A stretch of 64,000 bases of DNA. Origin: Alphaproteobacteria bacterium (GTDB lineage: Bacteria > Pseudomonadota > Alphaproteobacteria > Rickettsiales > JABCZZ01). The notes under the pieces were generated by a model. That model was not told the origin of the DNA and ran no database searches. It saw nothing but the letters and a program-made list of their open reading frames with translations. Below are positions 10,200 to 20,904 of the stretch, piece by piece. The position numbers were made by a program, and so were the translations under genes. Position 1 is the first letter of the stretch; each line of letters opens with the position of its first letter. Location: NCBI GenBank assembly GCA_035906055.1, contig JAMIFV010000043.1:455-64454 (forward strand), in the 5' to 3' direction.

Positions 10200-10616
10200 T
10201 CAGTGTTCTCCTACGCGAGCAATGAATTTGGTTTTGATCGGCAGCTTAGCGGCAGCGCGCTCGAACGCTTCGCGTGCTACGGCTTCGGAAACACCGTCGA
10301 TCTCGAACATTACACGGCCGGGCTTTACGCGGCATACCCAGAATTCCACGGAACCTTTACCGGAACCCATGCGCACTTCGGCGGGCTTGCGGGTAACAGG
10401 AACGTCCGGGAAGATACGGATCCAGAGACGGCCAACGCGCTTAACGTGGCGGGAGATTGCACGGCGGGCCGCCTCGATCTGGCGGGCGGTCACACGTTCC
10501 GGCTCCAGAGCCTTGAGGCCGTATTCGCCAAAATTGAGGGCGAAGCCACCCTTGGCATTGCCATGGATACGGCCCTTATGTGCCTTACGAAACTTGGTTT
10601 TTTTAGGTTGCATCAT
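10200..10616 (-). CDS. rplP: 50S ribosomal protein L16
   Basis: 138 aa; [16 protein letters not shown]... Confidence 0.97.
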   Translation of the reverse strand: MMQPKKTKFRKAHKGRIHGNAKGGFALNFGEYGLKALEPERVTARQIEAARRAISRHVKRVGRLWIRIFPDVPVTRKPAEVRMGSGKGSVEFWVCRVKPGRVMFEIDGVSEAVAREAFERAAAKLPIKTKFIARVGEH

Positions 10617-10744
10617 AATATTATGTTCCCAAATAGAGGGGCAGACTTATACAGGATTTTTTCAGGAAAGCAACGGGATTCACCCCTTTTTCCCTGATTT
10701 CTCATGCTTTTTTCCGCTCGCCTATAACTCCTTCTCTTACCGTA

Positions 10745-11434
10745 TTAAATCAACTCGTTGCCGGTGGTGCGTTCAACGTCTTTCTTATCCTGCGCCATGG
10801 GGTCGTGGGCCATGATCTCGCCCTTGAACACCCACACCTTGATACCGATGATACCATAGGTGGTAAGCGCCTGAGCTACGCCGTAATCCACGTCAGCACG
10901 CAGGGTATGAAGGGGCACGCGGCCTTCGCGGTACCATTCCATACGGGCGATTTCGTTACCGCCGAGACGGCCGGAGCAGTTGATTCGGATACCGAGCGCA
11001 CCCAGACGCAGTGCGGACTGCACGGCGCGCTTCATGGCGCGACGGAATGCGATACGGCGTTCGAGCTGCTGCGCGATGCCTTCTGCAATGAGGGTGGAGT
11101 CGATCTCGGGCTTGCGGATTTCTACGATGTTAAGATGAATTTCATCCTTCGTGAGCTTACCGAGGTCTTTCTTGATCTTTTCAATATCAGCGCCTTTTTT
11201 GCCGATCACCACGCCCGGGCGGGCAGTGTGGATGGTGATGCGCGCCTTTTTGGTGGGGCGCTCGATGATAATGCGGCTGATGCCTGCGCTGCCGAGGCTT
11301 TTCTTGAGGTATTTGCGGATACCGATATCTTCATGCAGCTTACCTGCAAAGTCGCCGCCTGCGGCAAACCAGCGGGAATCCCAGGTGCGGTTTACGCCAA
11401 TACGCAGACCAATCGGATTAATCTTTTGACCCAT
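10745..11434 (-). CDS. rpsC: 30S ribosomal protein S3
   Basis: 229 aa; [24 protein letters not shown]... Confidence 0.97.
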   Translation of the reverse strand: MGQKINPIGLRIGVNRTWDSRWFAAGGDFAGKLHEDIGIRKYLKKSLGSAGISRIIIERPTKKARITIHTARPGVVIGKKGADIEKIKKDLGKLTKDEIHLNIVEIRKPEIDSTLIAEGIAQQLERRIAFRRAMKRAVQSALRLGALGIRINCSGRLGGNEIARMEWYREGRVPLHTLRADVDYGVAQALTTYGIIGIKVWVFKGEIMAHDPMAQDKKDVERTTGNELI

Positions 11435-11437
11435 TAC

Positions 11438-11806
11438 TTACTCCCCTTTTTCGCGCAGGATGATGGTGAGGTTAGAGAACGGCTTGAAGATACGAGCGCC
11501 ACGGCCGCGTGCGCGGGTATGCATACGTTTCATCACCAAGCTCTTGCCGACCCATGCTTCTGCAATCACGAGATCGTCTACGTTCATGTTGAAATTGTTT
11601 TCAGCGTTTGCCACGGCGGACTGCACAGCCTTGCGCACGTCACCGGCGATACGCTTGTTGCTGAATGCCAGCTGGATGAGCGCCTGCTCTACCTTCATGC
11701 CGCGGATGAGACCAGCCACCACATTGAGCTTGATGGGGCTGACGCGCACGCGATTCAGGATCGCCTTCGCCTCTACCACATCAGATTTCTTTTTCTGCTT
11801 CGCCAT
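11438..11806 (-). CDS. rplV: 50S ribosomal protein L22
   Basis: 122 aa; [18 protein letters not shown]...L. Confidence 0.95.
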   Translation of the reverse strand: MAKQKKKSDVVEAKAILNRVRVSPIKLNVVAGLIRGMKVEQALIQLAFSNKRIAGDVRKAVQSAVANAENNFNMNVDDLVIAEAWVGKSLVMKRMHTRARGRGARIFKPFSNLTIILREKGE

Positions 11807-11823
11807 ACTATCTGTCCTTTAGC

Positions 11824-12099
11824 TTACGCTGCTTTCTTGTCGCCGCCACCATGCGCCTGGAACAGGCGCGAGGGAGCGAATTCACCGAATTTGTGGCCGA
11901 CCATTTCTTCGGTCACAAGCACGGGGATAAACTTTTTGCCGTTATACACACCGAACGTGAGGTTCACGAACTGCGGCAGGATGGTGGAACGGCGGGACCA
12001 GATCTGGATGATCTGGTTACGACCGCTGGCGCGGGCCTTCTCTGCCTTTGCAAGCAGGTAACCATCAACGAACGGGCCTTTCCAAACTGAACGAGCCAT
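11824..12099 (-). CDS. rpsS: 30S ribosomal protein S19
   Basis: 91 aa; [12 protein letters not shown]...[13 protein letters not shown]...[11 protein letters not shown]. Confidence 0.97.
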   Translation of the reverse strand: MARSVWKGPFVDGYLLAKAEKARASGRNQIIQIWSRRSTILPQFVNLTFGVYNGKKFIPVLVTEEMVGHKFGEFAPSRLFQAHGGGDKKAA

Positions 12100-12109
12100 A
12101 TATTACTCC

Positions 12110-12943
12110 TTATACTTTCTTCTTGTGGCGGCTGCGGACAATGAAATTATCCGTGCGCTTATTCTTACGGGTCTTGTTACCCTTGGTGCCCTTGCCCCAT
12201 GGCGTAACGGGATGACGGCCACCGCTCGTGCGGCCTTCACCACCACCATGCGGATGGTCTACCGGGTTCATCGCCACACCGCGTACGCAGGGGCGAATGC
12301 CTTTCCAGCGGCTGCGACCGGCCTTACCGATCGTTTCGTTCTGGTGGTCTGGGTTGGATACGGCACCGATGGTGGCCATGCACTCACCCTTAACTACGCG
12401 AACTTCGCCAGAGCGCAGCTTGAGCTGCACCATACCGGAGTCTTTGCTCACGAGCTGCACGTACGCACCGGCGGCGCGAGCCATCTGGCCGCCCTTGCCG
12501 GGCTTCATTTCCACGTTATGCACGATGGTGCCAACGGGGATGTTACGAAGCTGCATGGCAAAACCGGGCTTTACGTCGGTCTTTTCACCGGAGCAGATCA
12601 CATCACCGACAGCAAGGCGCTGCGGAGCGAGAATATAAGAGAGTTCGCCGTCCTTGTATTTGAGGAGCGCGATAAACGCGGAACGGTTGGGATCGTATTC
12701 GATACGCTCAACAGTCGCATCAACATCGAACTTGTTGCGCTTGAAATCCACGAAACGGTAACGCTGCTTGTGGCCACCGCCTACGCGGAAAGCGGTGATG
12801 CGGCCAGTATTGCTGCGGCCGCCGGTTTTGCTGATACCTTCGGTCAGGGACTTAACGGGGTCACCTTTCCACAGGTCTGCACGGTCTACTTTTACCAGGC
12901 CACGAAGCGATTTCGTGACGGGTTTATAGGTTTTTAGCGCCAT
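12110..12943 (-). CDS. rplB: 50S ribosomal protein L2
   Basis: 277 aa; [23 protein letters not shown] motifs. Confidence 0.97.
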   Translation of the reverse strand: MALKTYKPVTKSLRGLVKVDRADLWKGDPVKSLTEGISKTGGRSNTGRITAFRVGGGHKQRYRFVDFKRNKFDVDATVERIEYDPNRSAFIALLKYKDGELSYILAPQRLAVGDVICSGEKTDVKPGFAMQLRNIPVGTIVHNVEMKPGKGGQMARAAGAYVQLVSKDSGMVQLKLRSGEVRVVKGECMATIGAVSNPDHQNETIGKAGRSRWKGIRPCVRGVAMNPVDHPHGGGEGRTSGGRHPVTPWGKGTKGNKTRKNKRTDNFIVRSRHKKKV

Positions 12944-13000
12944 AACTACATCCTTATGTTTTGCGGCTGCTTTTTATACCCTTTTTATAAAGGGAGTCGC

Positions 13001-13029
13001 TTTATAGCCATTGTTACAAAAAATGCAAA
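13001..13029 (-). promoter_or_regulatory. candidate sigma70-like promoter upstream of rplB (created by or within the insert)
   Basis: The minus strand reads TTTGCA-17 nt-TATAAA (13029..13001), 58 nt upstream of the rplB ATG. Identified by eye only. Confidence 0.3.
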
Positions 13030-13055
13030 TGGAATCTTTGGAAAAAAGTCAAAAG

Positions 13056-13463
13056 CTATGGCGCTATCAGTTTAACCTGCGGAAAATAGCCCTGATAGCG
13101 GGTTACATCACGGGTAAGCAGGGGAAGTTTTGTCACGGACGCATGGGCACCGATGAAAAAATCGGGTAGAGCCATCACGCGCTGCCCTCCACGCTGCCGG
13201 TAAAGCCAATGCGCCTTCGCCGCTAAAAAAGCTGCTTCCCAAGGCAAGTCCTGCCTTATCAGTCCGGCTTCTGCTATGATTGTATCCAACAGGCTGGCTG
13301 ATGAAAAGCGATACGATATTTCGGCATAAATAATTGGGTTTATTATCAGCATATTATCAACTGACAATGCCGCTATTTTTCCTGATGACCAACCATACCA
13401 CTCAGAATTCTCTGTAAAAAGATCCAGCAGAATATTGCTGTCAACCAGTATGCTATCCATCAC
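13056..13463 (-). CDS. vapC: PIN-domain ribonuclease toxin VapC
   Basis: 135 aa. LVDSNILLD (N-terminal Asp), YAEISY (Glu), LPDFFIGAHA (Asp) and LLTRD match the PIN acidic-residue pattern. 4-nt ATGA overlap with the upstream antitoxin. Confidence 0.85.
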   Translation of the reverse strand: MMDSILVDSNILLDLFTENSEWYGWSSGKIAALSVDNMLIINPIIYAEISYRFSSASLLDTIIAEAGLIRQDLPWEAAFLAAKAHWLYRQRGGQRVMALPDFFIGAHASVTKLPLLTRDVTRYQGYFPQVKLIAP

Positions 13464-13690
13464 CCCTCGCCGCGGGTCAGGCGCATTATCTCATCAGTAT
13501 TCACGGAGATATCCCCTTTGCCGCGCAATGCTTCCACAATACGCGAGCCACGCGCCAGTGGCTTTGAAGCGGGGTGAACCACCAGTTCGCCATGCTTCAG
13601 GGTAAATTCCACTTCCGTATGCGGGTGTAAACCGCATAAGTCGCGGAACTCTTTAGGGATTGTAACCTGCCCTTTGGTGGTGATCATCAT
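13460..13690 (-). CDS. vapB: AbrB/MazE/SpoVT-family antitoxin (VapB-type)
   Basis: MMITTKGQVTIPKEFRDLCGL is a SpoVT-AbrB swapped-hairpin motif. The track ORF (to 13765) has an implausible N-terminal extension, so I use the start at 13690. Confidence 0.8.
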   Translation of the reverse strand: MMITTKGQVTIPKEFRDLCGLHPHTEVEFTLKHGELVVHPASKPLARGSRIVEALRGKGDISVNTDEIMRLTRGEG

Positions 13691-13691
13691 A

Positions 13692-13750
13692 GTAATACCT
13701 ATTGGTAAGAGTATTACCTGCATGGTATTACTTTTGGGCAGGAAAGTCAA
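13692..13750 (-). promoter_or_regulatory. candidate vapBC promoter/operator
   Basis: Minus strand has TTGACT (13750-13745). It is followed by three copies of GTAATAC (two direct, one inverted; plus-strand 13725-13731, 13711-13717, 13692-13698) that run into the start codon. This layout is typical of autorepressed TA operators. Confidence 0.3.
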
Positions 13751-13930
13751 GAATACTTCTGTCACAAGCTCTTAACTATAGTGATTCCAATTAATAACAT
13801 TACACAAGTAATTCCCCGACTTCTGGCAAAATTAGGCATAATGTTCAAAATTATTTAGAGCAAAGAGACTCCTCGCCAAAACAACGAACAGGCAGACAAG
13901 GTGGCGGCAGCTAAACTACGCCACATCTCT

Positions 13931-13976
13931 ACTAAAACAAAAAGGGCTTTTCGGAACTATATCCGAAAAGCCCTTT
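13931..13976 (-). terminator. Rho-independent terminator directly after rplW
   Basis: Perfect 15-bp stem: 13941-13955 AAAGGGCTTTTCGGA pairs with 13962-13976 TCCGAAAAGCCCTTT, with a 6-nt loop. On the minus strand it is followed by TTGTTTTAG. It lies 21 nt after the rplW stop. Confidence 0.6.
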
Positions 13977-13996
13977 CTAAAGCATTTAACTAAGGC

Positions 13997-14329
13997 TTAA
14001 GCCACGCCACTGCTTAAATCGATCGACTGGCCCTTTTCGAGGGTTACAATCGCTTTTTTGAAATCTTCACGTTTGCCAAAAGTGCCGCGGAAGCCTTTGG
14101 TTTTCCCTTCAACATTAATGGTATTCACACTAACAACGTTAACCTTGAAGAGGGCTTCCACTGCCTGCTTCACCTGCGTCTTGGTGGCGTCGGCAGCAAC
14201 ACGGAACACGATCTTGTTCTGCTCGCTGAGCATGGTTGCCTTTTCGGTAATCACCGGGCGGGAAAGAACGTTGTAGAAAACTTCCTTCATTACCGGCGCG
14301 CCTTTTGCTTCTTTCTTTGCTTTTGCCAT
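13997..14329 (-). CDS. rplW: 50S ribosomal protein L23
   Basis: 110 aa; [38 protein letters not shown]. Confidence 0.95.
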   Translation of the reverse strand: MAKAKKEAKGAPVMKEVFYNVLSRPVITEKATMLSEQNKIVFRVAADATKTQVKQAVEALFKVNVVSVNTINVEGKTKGFRGTFGKREDFKKAIVTLEKGQSIDLSSGVA

Positions 14330-14341
14330 GATCCTAGCTCC

Positions 14342-14962
14342 TTACGACAGGCGCGCTTCCAGGAACGCAACGGCGTCCTTGGTGAGCACGAGTTCATTGT
14401 GGTTGAGAATATCGTACACGTTCGCACCCTGGCTCGGCAGTACATCCACGCCCTTGATGTTGCGTGCTGCTTTGGCGAAAGCCTCGTCGAGCTCCGCGCC
14501 GCCGATGATGAGGGGCTTGGTAAAGCCGAATTTTTCGAAAGCGGCGGCCATAACCTTGGTCTTGGCTTCCTTTACCTTGAGGGAGTCCACGATCACCAGC
14601 TTGCCCTTAGCCTGTTTGTCGGACAGTGCGATACGCAGCGCGAGGTCACGGATCTTCTTGTTCAGGCTGATCGCATGACTGCGCACAACCGGACCGAAGA
14701 TGGTCGCACCGCCACGGAACTGCGGGGAGCGCAGCGAACCGGCACGGGCACGGCCCGAACCCTTCTGCTTCCACGGCTTCTTGGTGGTGCCGCTGATTTC
14801 GCTGACGCCCTTGGTCTTGTGGGTGCCTGCCTGCTTCTTGGCACGCTGGTATTGTACCATACGCGCAAGGATGTCCTTGCGGAACGGTGCACCGAATACG
14901 GCGTCAGAGAGCTCGATGTCCCCTGCGGCCTTGTTTTCCAGTGTCTTTACTGCGACTTTCAT
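14342..14962 (-). CDS. rplD: 50S ribosomal protein L4
   Basis: MKVAVKTLENKAAGDIELSDAVFG...KGSGRARAGS. Start placed at 14962 after the RBS AGAGGA. The track's extra 12 codons would be read out of repeat family B. Confidence 0.93.
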   Translation of the reverse strand: MKVAVKTLENKAAGDIELSDAVFGAPFRKDILARMVQYQRAKKQAGTHKTKGVSEISGTTKKPWKQKGSGRARAGSLRSPQFRGGATIFGPVVRSHAISLNKKIRDLALRIALSDKQAKGKLVIVDSLKVKEAKTKVMAAAFEKFGFTKPLIIGGAELDEAFAKAARNIKGVDVLPSQGANVYDILNHNELVLTKDAVAFLEARLS

Positions 14963-14977
14963 ATTTTCCTCTTTTTT

Positions 14978-15034
14978 CTCGTACTCGGTACTCGGCAATC
15001 CGTACTCAAAACCGAGTACGCGGTACCGAGTACG
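14978..15034. repeat. nested palindromic element built of CGAGTAC/GGTAC units (family B, copy 1)
   Basis: Sequence ctCGTACTCGGTACtcggcaatcCGTACTCaaaaccGAGTACGcgGTACCGAGTACG, with outer 12-bp and inner 7-bp stems. It lies in the rplC-rplD spacer. A related copy is at 24097-24142. Confidence 0.6.
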
Positions 15035-15037
15035 TTT

Positions 15038-15751
15038 TTATTCGGCCTTTTTCTCTTCGGTCGCTGCTGCGGCAGCTGCCGTGCGGACACCTGCGGGCAT
15101 CGGCACGTTAGCGGGCGCGGCGCGCTTTACAGCGTCCTTCACCAGCACATAGCTGTTCTTGGAACCCGGAACGGCACCGCTGATATAGATAAGGCCTTTA
15201 GCATCATCTACCTGCACAACCTGCAGGTTGGACACGGTAACGCGTTCGGTGCCGAGGTGACCGGCCATCTTCTTGCCCTTGAACACTTTACCCGGATCCT
15301 GGCGCTGACCGGTGGAACCGTGCGAGCGATGGGAAACGGATACGCCGTGGGACGCTTCCAGACCGGCAAAATTCCAGCGCTTCATAACGCCGGCAAAGCC
15401 TTTACCGATGGTGGAACCGATTACGTCTACGAACTGGCCGGGAACATAATGGCTGGCTACGAGCTCAGCGCCTACTGAGGGCAGGTTGGTTTCTTCCACG
15501 CGGAACTCGACCATCTTGCGGCCCGGTTCAACCTTGGCTTTGGCATAGTGCCCGCGAAGCGCCTTGGAGACGTTCTTCACTTTTGCTTTACCAGAGGAAA
15601 GCTGCACGGCGGAATAACCGTCGCGTGCCTTGGTCTTGTGAGCGACCACGCGCAGCTCGTCGAGCTGCAATACGGTCACTGGAATATGTACGCCGTCTTC
15701 ATCGAACAGGCGGGACATGCCCAGCTTCTTTGCGATTATACCGGTTCTCAT
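15038..15751 (-). CDS. rplC: 50S ribosomal protein L3
   Basis: 237 aa; [16 protein letters not shown]...[11 protein letters not shown]. Confidence 0.97.
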   Translation of the reverse strand: MRTGIIAKKLGMSRLFDEDGVHIPVTVLQLDELRVVAHKTKARDGYSAVQLSSGKAKVKNVSKALRGHYAKAKVEPGRKMVEFRVEETNLPSVGAELVASHYVPGQFVDVIGSTIGKGFAGVMKRWNFAGLEASHGVSVSHRSHGSTGQRQDPGKVFKGKKMAGHLGTERVTVSNLQVVQVDDAKGLIYISGAVPGSKNSYVLVKDAVKRAAPANVPMPAGVRTAAAAAATEEKKAE

Positions 15752-16074
15752 GCTGCCTTCTCCCCACCAAGCTGGATTTCAACATCCACACCTGCGGACA
15801 GGTCGAGCTTCATCAGCGCGTCCACGGTCTGCGGCGTCGGATCCAGTATGTCAATCAGACGTTTGTGCGTGCGGATTTCAAACTGCTCACGCGATTTTTT
15901 ATCAATGTGCGGCGAACGGTTCACCGTGAAGCGCTCGATACGGCGCGGCAGCGGTACCGGACCACGCACCTGTGCGCCCGTCCTTTTCGCGGTATTCACG
16001 ATCTCGCTGGTCGAATGATCAAGCATCATATGATCAAACGCTTTGAGACGGATGCGTATTTTCTGACTGTTCAT
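15748..16074 (-). CDS. rpsJ: 30S ribosomal protein S10
   Basis: 108 aa; [14 protein letters not shown]......V..A...GA.V.GP.PLP. Confidence 0.97.
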   Translation of the reverse strand: MNSQKIRIRLKAFDHMMLDHSTSEIVNTAKRTGAQVRGPVPLPRRIERFTVNRSPHIDKKSREQFEIRTHKRLIDILDPTPQTVDALMKLDLSAGVDVEIQLGGEKAA

Positions 16075-16085
16075 ACTTTATTCCT

Positions 16086-16149
16086 AGTTATTAGTTGTTC
16101 GTTGTTCGTTGTTGGTGAAGTTGCGAACAACTAACAACCAACAACGAAG
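16086..16149. repeat. palindromic GTTGTT(A/C)-heptad element (family A, copy 2)
   Basis: Sequence agttattagttgttcgttgttcgttgttggt-gaagttgc-gaacaactaacaaccaacaacgaag, with an 11-bp stem TTCGTTGTTGG/CCAACAACGAA. It fills the tuf-rpsJ spacer. Confidence 0.6.
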
Positions 16150-16159
16150 AACCACTTTC

Positions 16160-17347
<1,188 letters not shown>

Positions 17348-17377
17348 GGGATACTCCTTAGGTTTTGATCTTTGTGG

Positions 17378-19453
17378 TTAAGCAACTTTTTTCTTGATTT
17401 CGTCTACCATGCTGGTCGGCACCTGTTCATAGTGGTCGAACTGCATGGTGTACTGTGCGCGGCCCTGCGTCATCGAACGCAGCGTATTCACGTAGCCGAA
17501 CATTTTGGCGAGCGGAACCATTGCATCTACGACAATGGCGTTACCGCGCATATCCTGCCCCTGGATCTGGCCACGGCGTCCGGTAAGGTCGCCGATCACA
17601 GAACCGGTATAGTCTTCAGGGGTTACCACTTCCACCTTCATGATGGGCTCCAGCAGGCGGGGTTCGCCTTTGGGCATGCCTTCACGGAAAGCGGCACGGG
17701 CAGCGATTTCGAATGCAAGCACGCTGGAGTCTACATCGTGGTAGGCGCCGTCGATCAGCGTGGCTTTAAAGTCAATGGTGGGGTAACCCGCAACAACGCC
17801 GTTATCCAGGGATGCTTCGAGGCCCTTTTCAACACCCGGCACGTATTCCTTGGGAACCGAACCGCCGACGATCTTGCTTTCGAATACGAAGCCGGAGCCG
17901 GGGGGCAGCGGTTCGAGTTCGAGGATGATACGCGCGAACTGACCGGAACCGCCGGACTGTTTCTTGTGCGTATAGTCGATCGTGGTCTTCTTGGTGATGG
18001 TTTCGCGGTAAGCCACCATGGGCGCACCCACGTTCGCTTCAACCTTGAATTCGCGCTTCATGCGGTCCACGATGATTTCGAGGTGCAATTCGCCCATGCC
18101 CTTGAGGATCGTCTGGCCGGTTTCTTCGTCGGAAGAAACGCGGAGCGACGGATCTTCGGAAGCGAGGCGGGAAAGCGCCATGCCCATCTTTTCCTGGTCG
18201 GCCTTGGTCTTGGGTTCCACAGCCAATTCGATAACGGGCTCGGGGAACTCCATACGCTCAAGGATCACTGCCGCATCCGGATCGGAGAGCGTGTCACCCG
18301 TGGTCGTGTCTTTCAGACCGGCCAGCGCGATGATGTCGCCAGCATAAGCAACCTTGATGTCTTCGCGGGAATTCGCATGCATGAGCAGCATACGGCCCAC
18401 GCGTTCGCGCTTGTCCTTGATCGTGTTCTGCACGTAAGAACCGGATTCCAGCTTGCCGGAATAGATGCGCGCGAAGGTCAGCGAACCTACGAACGGATCG
18501 GTCATGATCTTAAACGCCAGCGCGGAGAACTTTTCGTTGTCGTCAGCCTTACGGGTGATCTCGGCATCGGTCTTCACGTCGATCGCGGTGATGGACGGAA
18601 TGTCCAGCGGGCTCGGCAGGAAGTCCACTACTGCGTCAAGCATCGGCTGTACGCCCTTGTTCTTGAAGGCAGCGCCATTCACCACGGGAACGAACTTGAA
18701 GCTTACGGTACCTTTACGGATACAGGCCTTGAGCTGCTCTTCGGTCGGCTCAGTGCCGTTGAGGTATGCTTCCATGACCGCATCGTCCATTTCAACGGCG
18801 ATCTCAAGCATTTTTTCGCGGGCCTTCCTGGCGGCGTCCTGCAGGTCAGCGCGGATATCAACAATGTCGAATTTCGCGCCGAGCTCTTCACCCTTCCACA
18901 CGATTTCCTTCATCTTGATAAGGTCGACTACGCCTTCGTATTTGTCTTCGGAACCGATCGGTAACTGGATCACGAGGGGCACAGTGCCCAGACGATCGAT
19001 CATCATCTGTACGGTACGCTCGAAATTGGCACCGGTACGGTCCATCTTGTTCACGAAGCAGATACGCGGAACGCGGTATTTGTCAGCCTGGCGCCATACG
19101 GTTTCAGACTGGGGCTCTACGCCCGCTACGGAGTCGAACACGGCAACGGCGCCGTCGAGTACGCGCATGGAGCGCTCCACTTCGATGGTGAAGTCCACGT
19201 GGCCGGGAGTGTCAATGATGTTAATGCGCTTGTCGTTCCAGAAGCAGGTGGTAGCAGCGGAGGTAATGGTGATACCGCGCTCCTGTTCCTGTTCCATCCA
19301 GTCCATCGTAGCAGCGCCTTCATGCACTTCGCCGATCTTGTGCGATTTGCCGGTGTAATAAAGGATACGTTCGGTGGTGGTGGTCTTACCTGCGTCGATA
19401 TGCGCGCAGATACCGATATTGCGATAGTCTTTAAGATGTGTTTTGCGGGACAT
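17378..19453 (-). CDS. fusA: elongation factor G
   Basis: 691 aa; [28 protein letters not shown]. Confidence 0.99.
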   Translation of the reverse strand: MSRKTHLKDYRNIGICAHIDAGKTTTTERILYYTGKSHKIGEVHEGAATMDWMEQEQERGITITSAATTCFWNDKRINIIDTPGHVDFTIEVERSMRVLDGAVAVFDSVAGVEPQSETVWRQADKYRVPRICFVNKMDRTGANFERTVQMMIDRLGTVPLVIQLPIGSEDKYEGVVDLIKMKEIVWKGEELGAKFDIVDIRADLQDAARKAREKMLEIAVEMDDAVMEAYLNGTEPTEEQLKACIRKGTVSFKFVPVVNGAAFKNKGVQPMLDAVVDFLPSPLDIPSITAIDVKTDAEITRKADDNEKFSALAFKIMTDPFVGSLTFARIYSGKLESGSYVQNTIKDKRERVGRMLLMHANSREDIKVAYAGDIIALAGLKDTTTGDTLSDPDAAVILERMEFPEPVIELAVEPKTKADQEKMGMALSRLASEDPSLRVSSDEETGQTILKGMGELHLEIIVDRMKREFKVEANVGAPMVAYRETITKKTTIDYTHKKQSGGSGQFARIILELEPLPPGSGFVFESKIVGGSVPKEYVPGVEKGLEASLDNGVVAGYPTIDFKATLIDGAYHDVDSSVLAFEIAARAAFREGMPKGEPRLLEPIMKVEVVTPEDYTGSVIGDLTGRRGQIQGQDMRGNAIVVDAMVPLAKMFGYVNTLRSMTQGRAQYTMQFDHYEQVPTSMVDEIKKKVA

Positions 19454-19477
19454 GGTGGGTTCCTGTTCTTCTTATAA

Positions 19478-19960
<483 letters not shown>

Positions 19961-19964
19961 TCAA

Positions 19965-20039
19965 TGTCATTCCCACGCAAGCGGGAATCTAGTTTTTCTT
20001 TGGTCAGGCACGTGATCCCGGCCTTCGCCGGGATGACGG
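19965..20039. repeat. inverted doublet of GTCA-stem-loop-TC hairpins (REPIN-like; family C)
   Basis: 19965-19990 is TGTCATTCCCacgcaagcGGGAATCT. 20012-20039 is GTGATCCCGGccttcgCCGGGATGACGG, in opposite orientation. A further GCGGCaaaGCCGC hairpin is at 20048-20060. Together they inflate the rpsL-rpsG spacer to 124 nt. Confidence 0.6.
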
Positions 20040-20072
20040 TTCCTCACGCGGCAAAGCCGCCAAGGCTTACCG

Positions 20073-20444
20073 TCACTTGGGACGCTTAGCGCCGTAGAGC
20101 GAGCGCGACTGTTTGCGGTTCTTAACGCCCTGCGTATCGAGCGTACCGCGAATGATATGATAGCGAACACCCGGCAAATCCTTTACACGGCCGCCGCGGA
20201 TCATCACGACAGAGTGTTCTTGCAGGTTGTGGCCTTCGCCGGGAATATAGCTGGTAACTTCAAAACCGTTAGTGAGACGAACGCGGGCCACCTTACGAAG
20301 CGCGGAGTTAGGCTTCTTCGGCGTGGTGGTATATACGCGGGTGCAAACACCGCGCTTCTGCGGGCACGCTTCCATAGCGGGCACTTTGTTGCGGTGGGTC
20401 GGCTTTACGCGCGGTTTGCGCACGAGCTGGTTAATCGTTGGCAT
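20073..20444 (-). CDS. rpsL: 30S ribosomal protein S12
   Basis: 123 aa; [12 protein letters not shown]...[16 protein letters not shown]. Confidence 0.98.
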   Translation of the reverse strand: MPTINQLVRKPRVKPTHRNKVPAMEACPQKRGVCTRVYTTTPKKPNSALRKVARVRLTNGFEVTSYIPGEGHNLQEHSVVMIRGGRVKDLPGVRYHIIRGTLDTQGVKNRKQSRSLYGAKRPK

Positions 20445-20904
20445 GCAACTTCCTTTGGTTCGTCGTTCACATTTTCACACATCACCCTGACACACTGCGC
20501 ATCGGGGAAGGTCTCTCCGGCATAAAGCATTGATTTTTTTTACAAATTCATGCCATTTAAGGCGCTTTTTGGATCAAAGAGGCGCGTAACATAGACATGA
20601 GCCCCCGGAACGTCAAGGGAAATTTATGTGTTTTTTAGATCACGGCCCGTGCCACTTATGAGCACATAATGCCATACCCTCTTAACCACGTAACGATTTC
20701 TTTACCTTTTGCTCCTAGCGTTCGCGTTTAACGGTGGCATTTTTTTGTGCCGGCCGTGATATTTTTACTTGCATTCCCGCTTTGGGTCGGGCTTAAAAGA
20801 AATCAAGAAAAACCCCGCATAAGGGGCCATCTACCGTCGCCGGTACACCACCTGTAGTAATCTGGCCATCCGGCCCGCCTAAGAAAGTTGCGAGTAAAAC
20901 AACC

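Noticed and set aside
13691-13765. N-terminal extensions offered by the ORF track: antitoxin to 13765, rplD to 14998, rlmE to 8795, eno GTG 27591, htpX 49064, GIY-YIG 27212, COQ9-like 25733, glycosyltransferase to 62609, GH16 to 53311.
   Set aside because: The extensions run through terminators, palindromic repeats or neighbouring genes and lack family similarity. Internal starts give canonical N-termini and, in several cases, RBS or ATGA coupling.
17372-18964. 530-aa plus-strand ORF antisense to fusA. Similar long antisense or out-of-frame ORFs occur elsewhere, for example 16109-17368 (opposite tuf), 10805-12061, 12125-12937, 6233-7384, 4085-5548, 14399-15478, 20803-22305 and 20793-21653 (opposite the M23 peptidase), 45481-46527 and 36583-37578.
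   Set aside because: These are shadow ORFs typical of high-GC DNA lying opposite strongly supported genes. Their translations are Arg/Ala/Gly/His-rich with no family resemblance.
20445-20904. 460-bp intergenic region upstream of rpsL, scanned for tRNA or sRNA genes and repeats.
   Set aside because: No cloverleaf could be folded. Only a small CCCCGCataaGGGG stem is present. The region is probably the divergent rpsL and M23 peptidase promoters.
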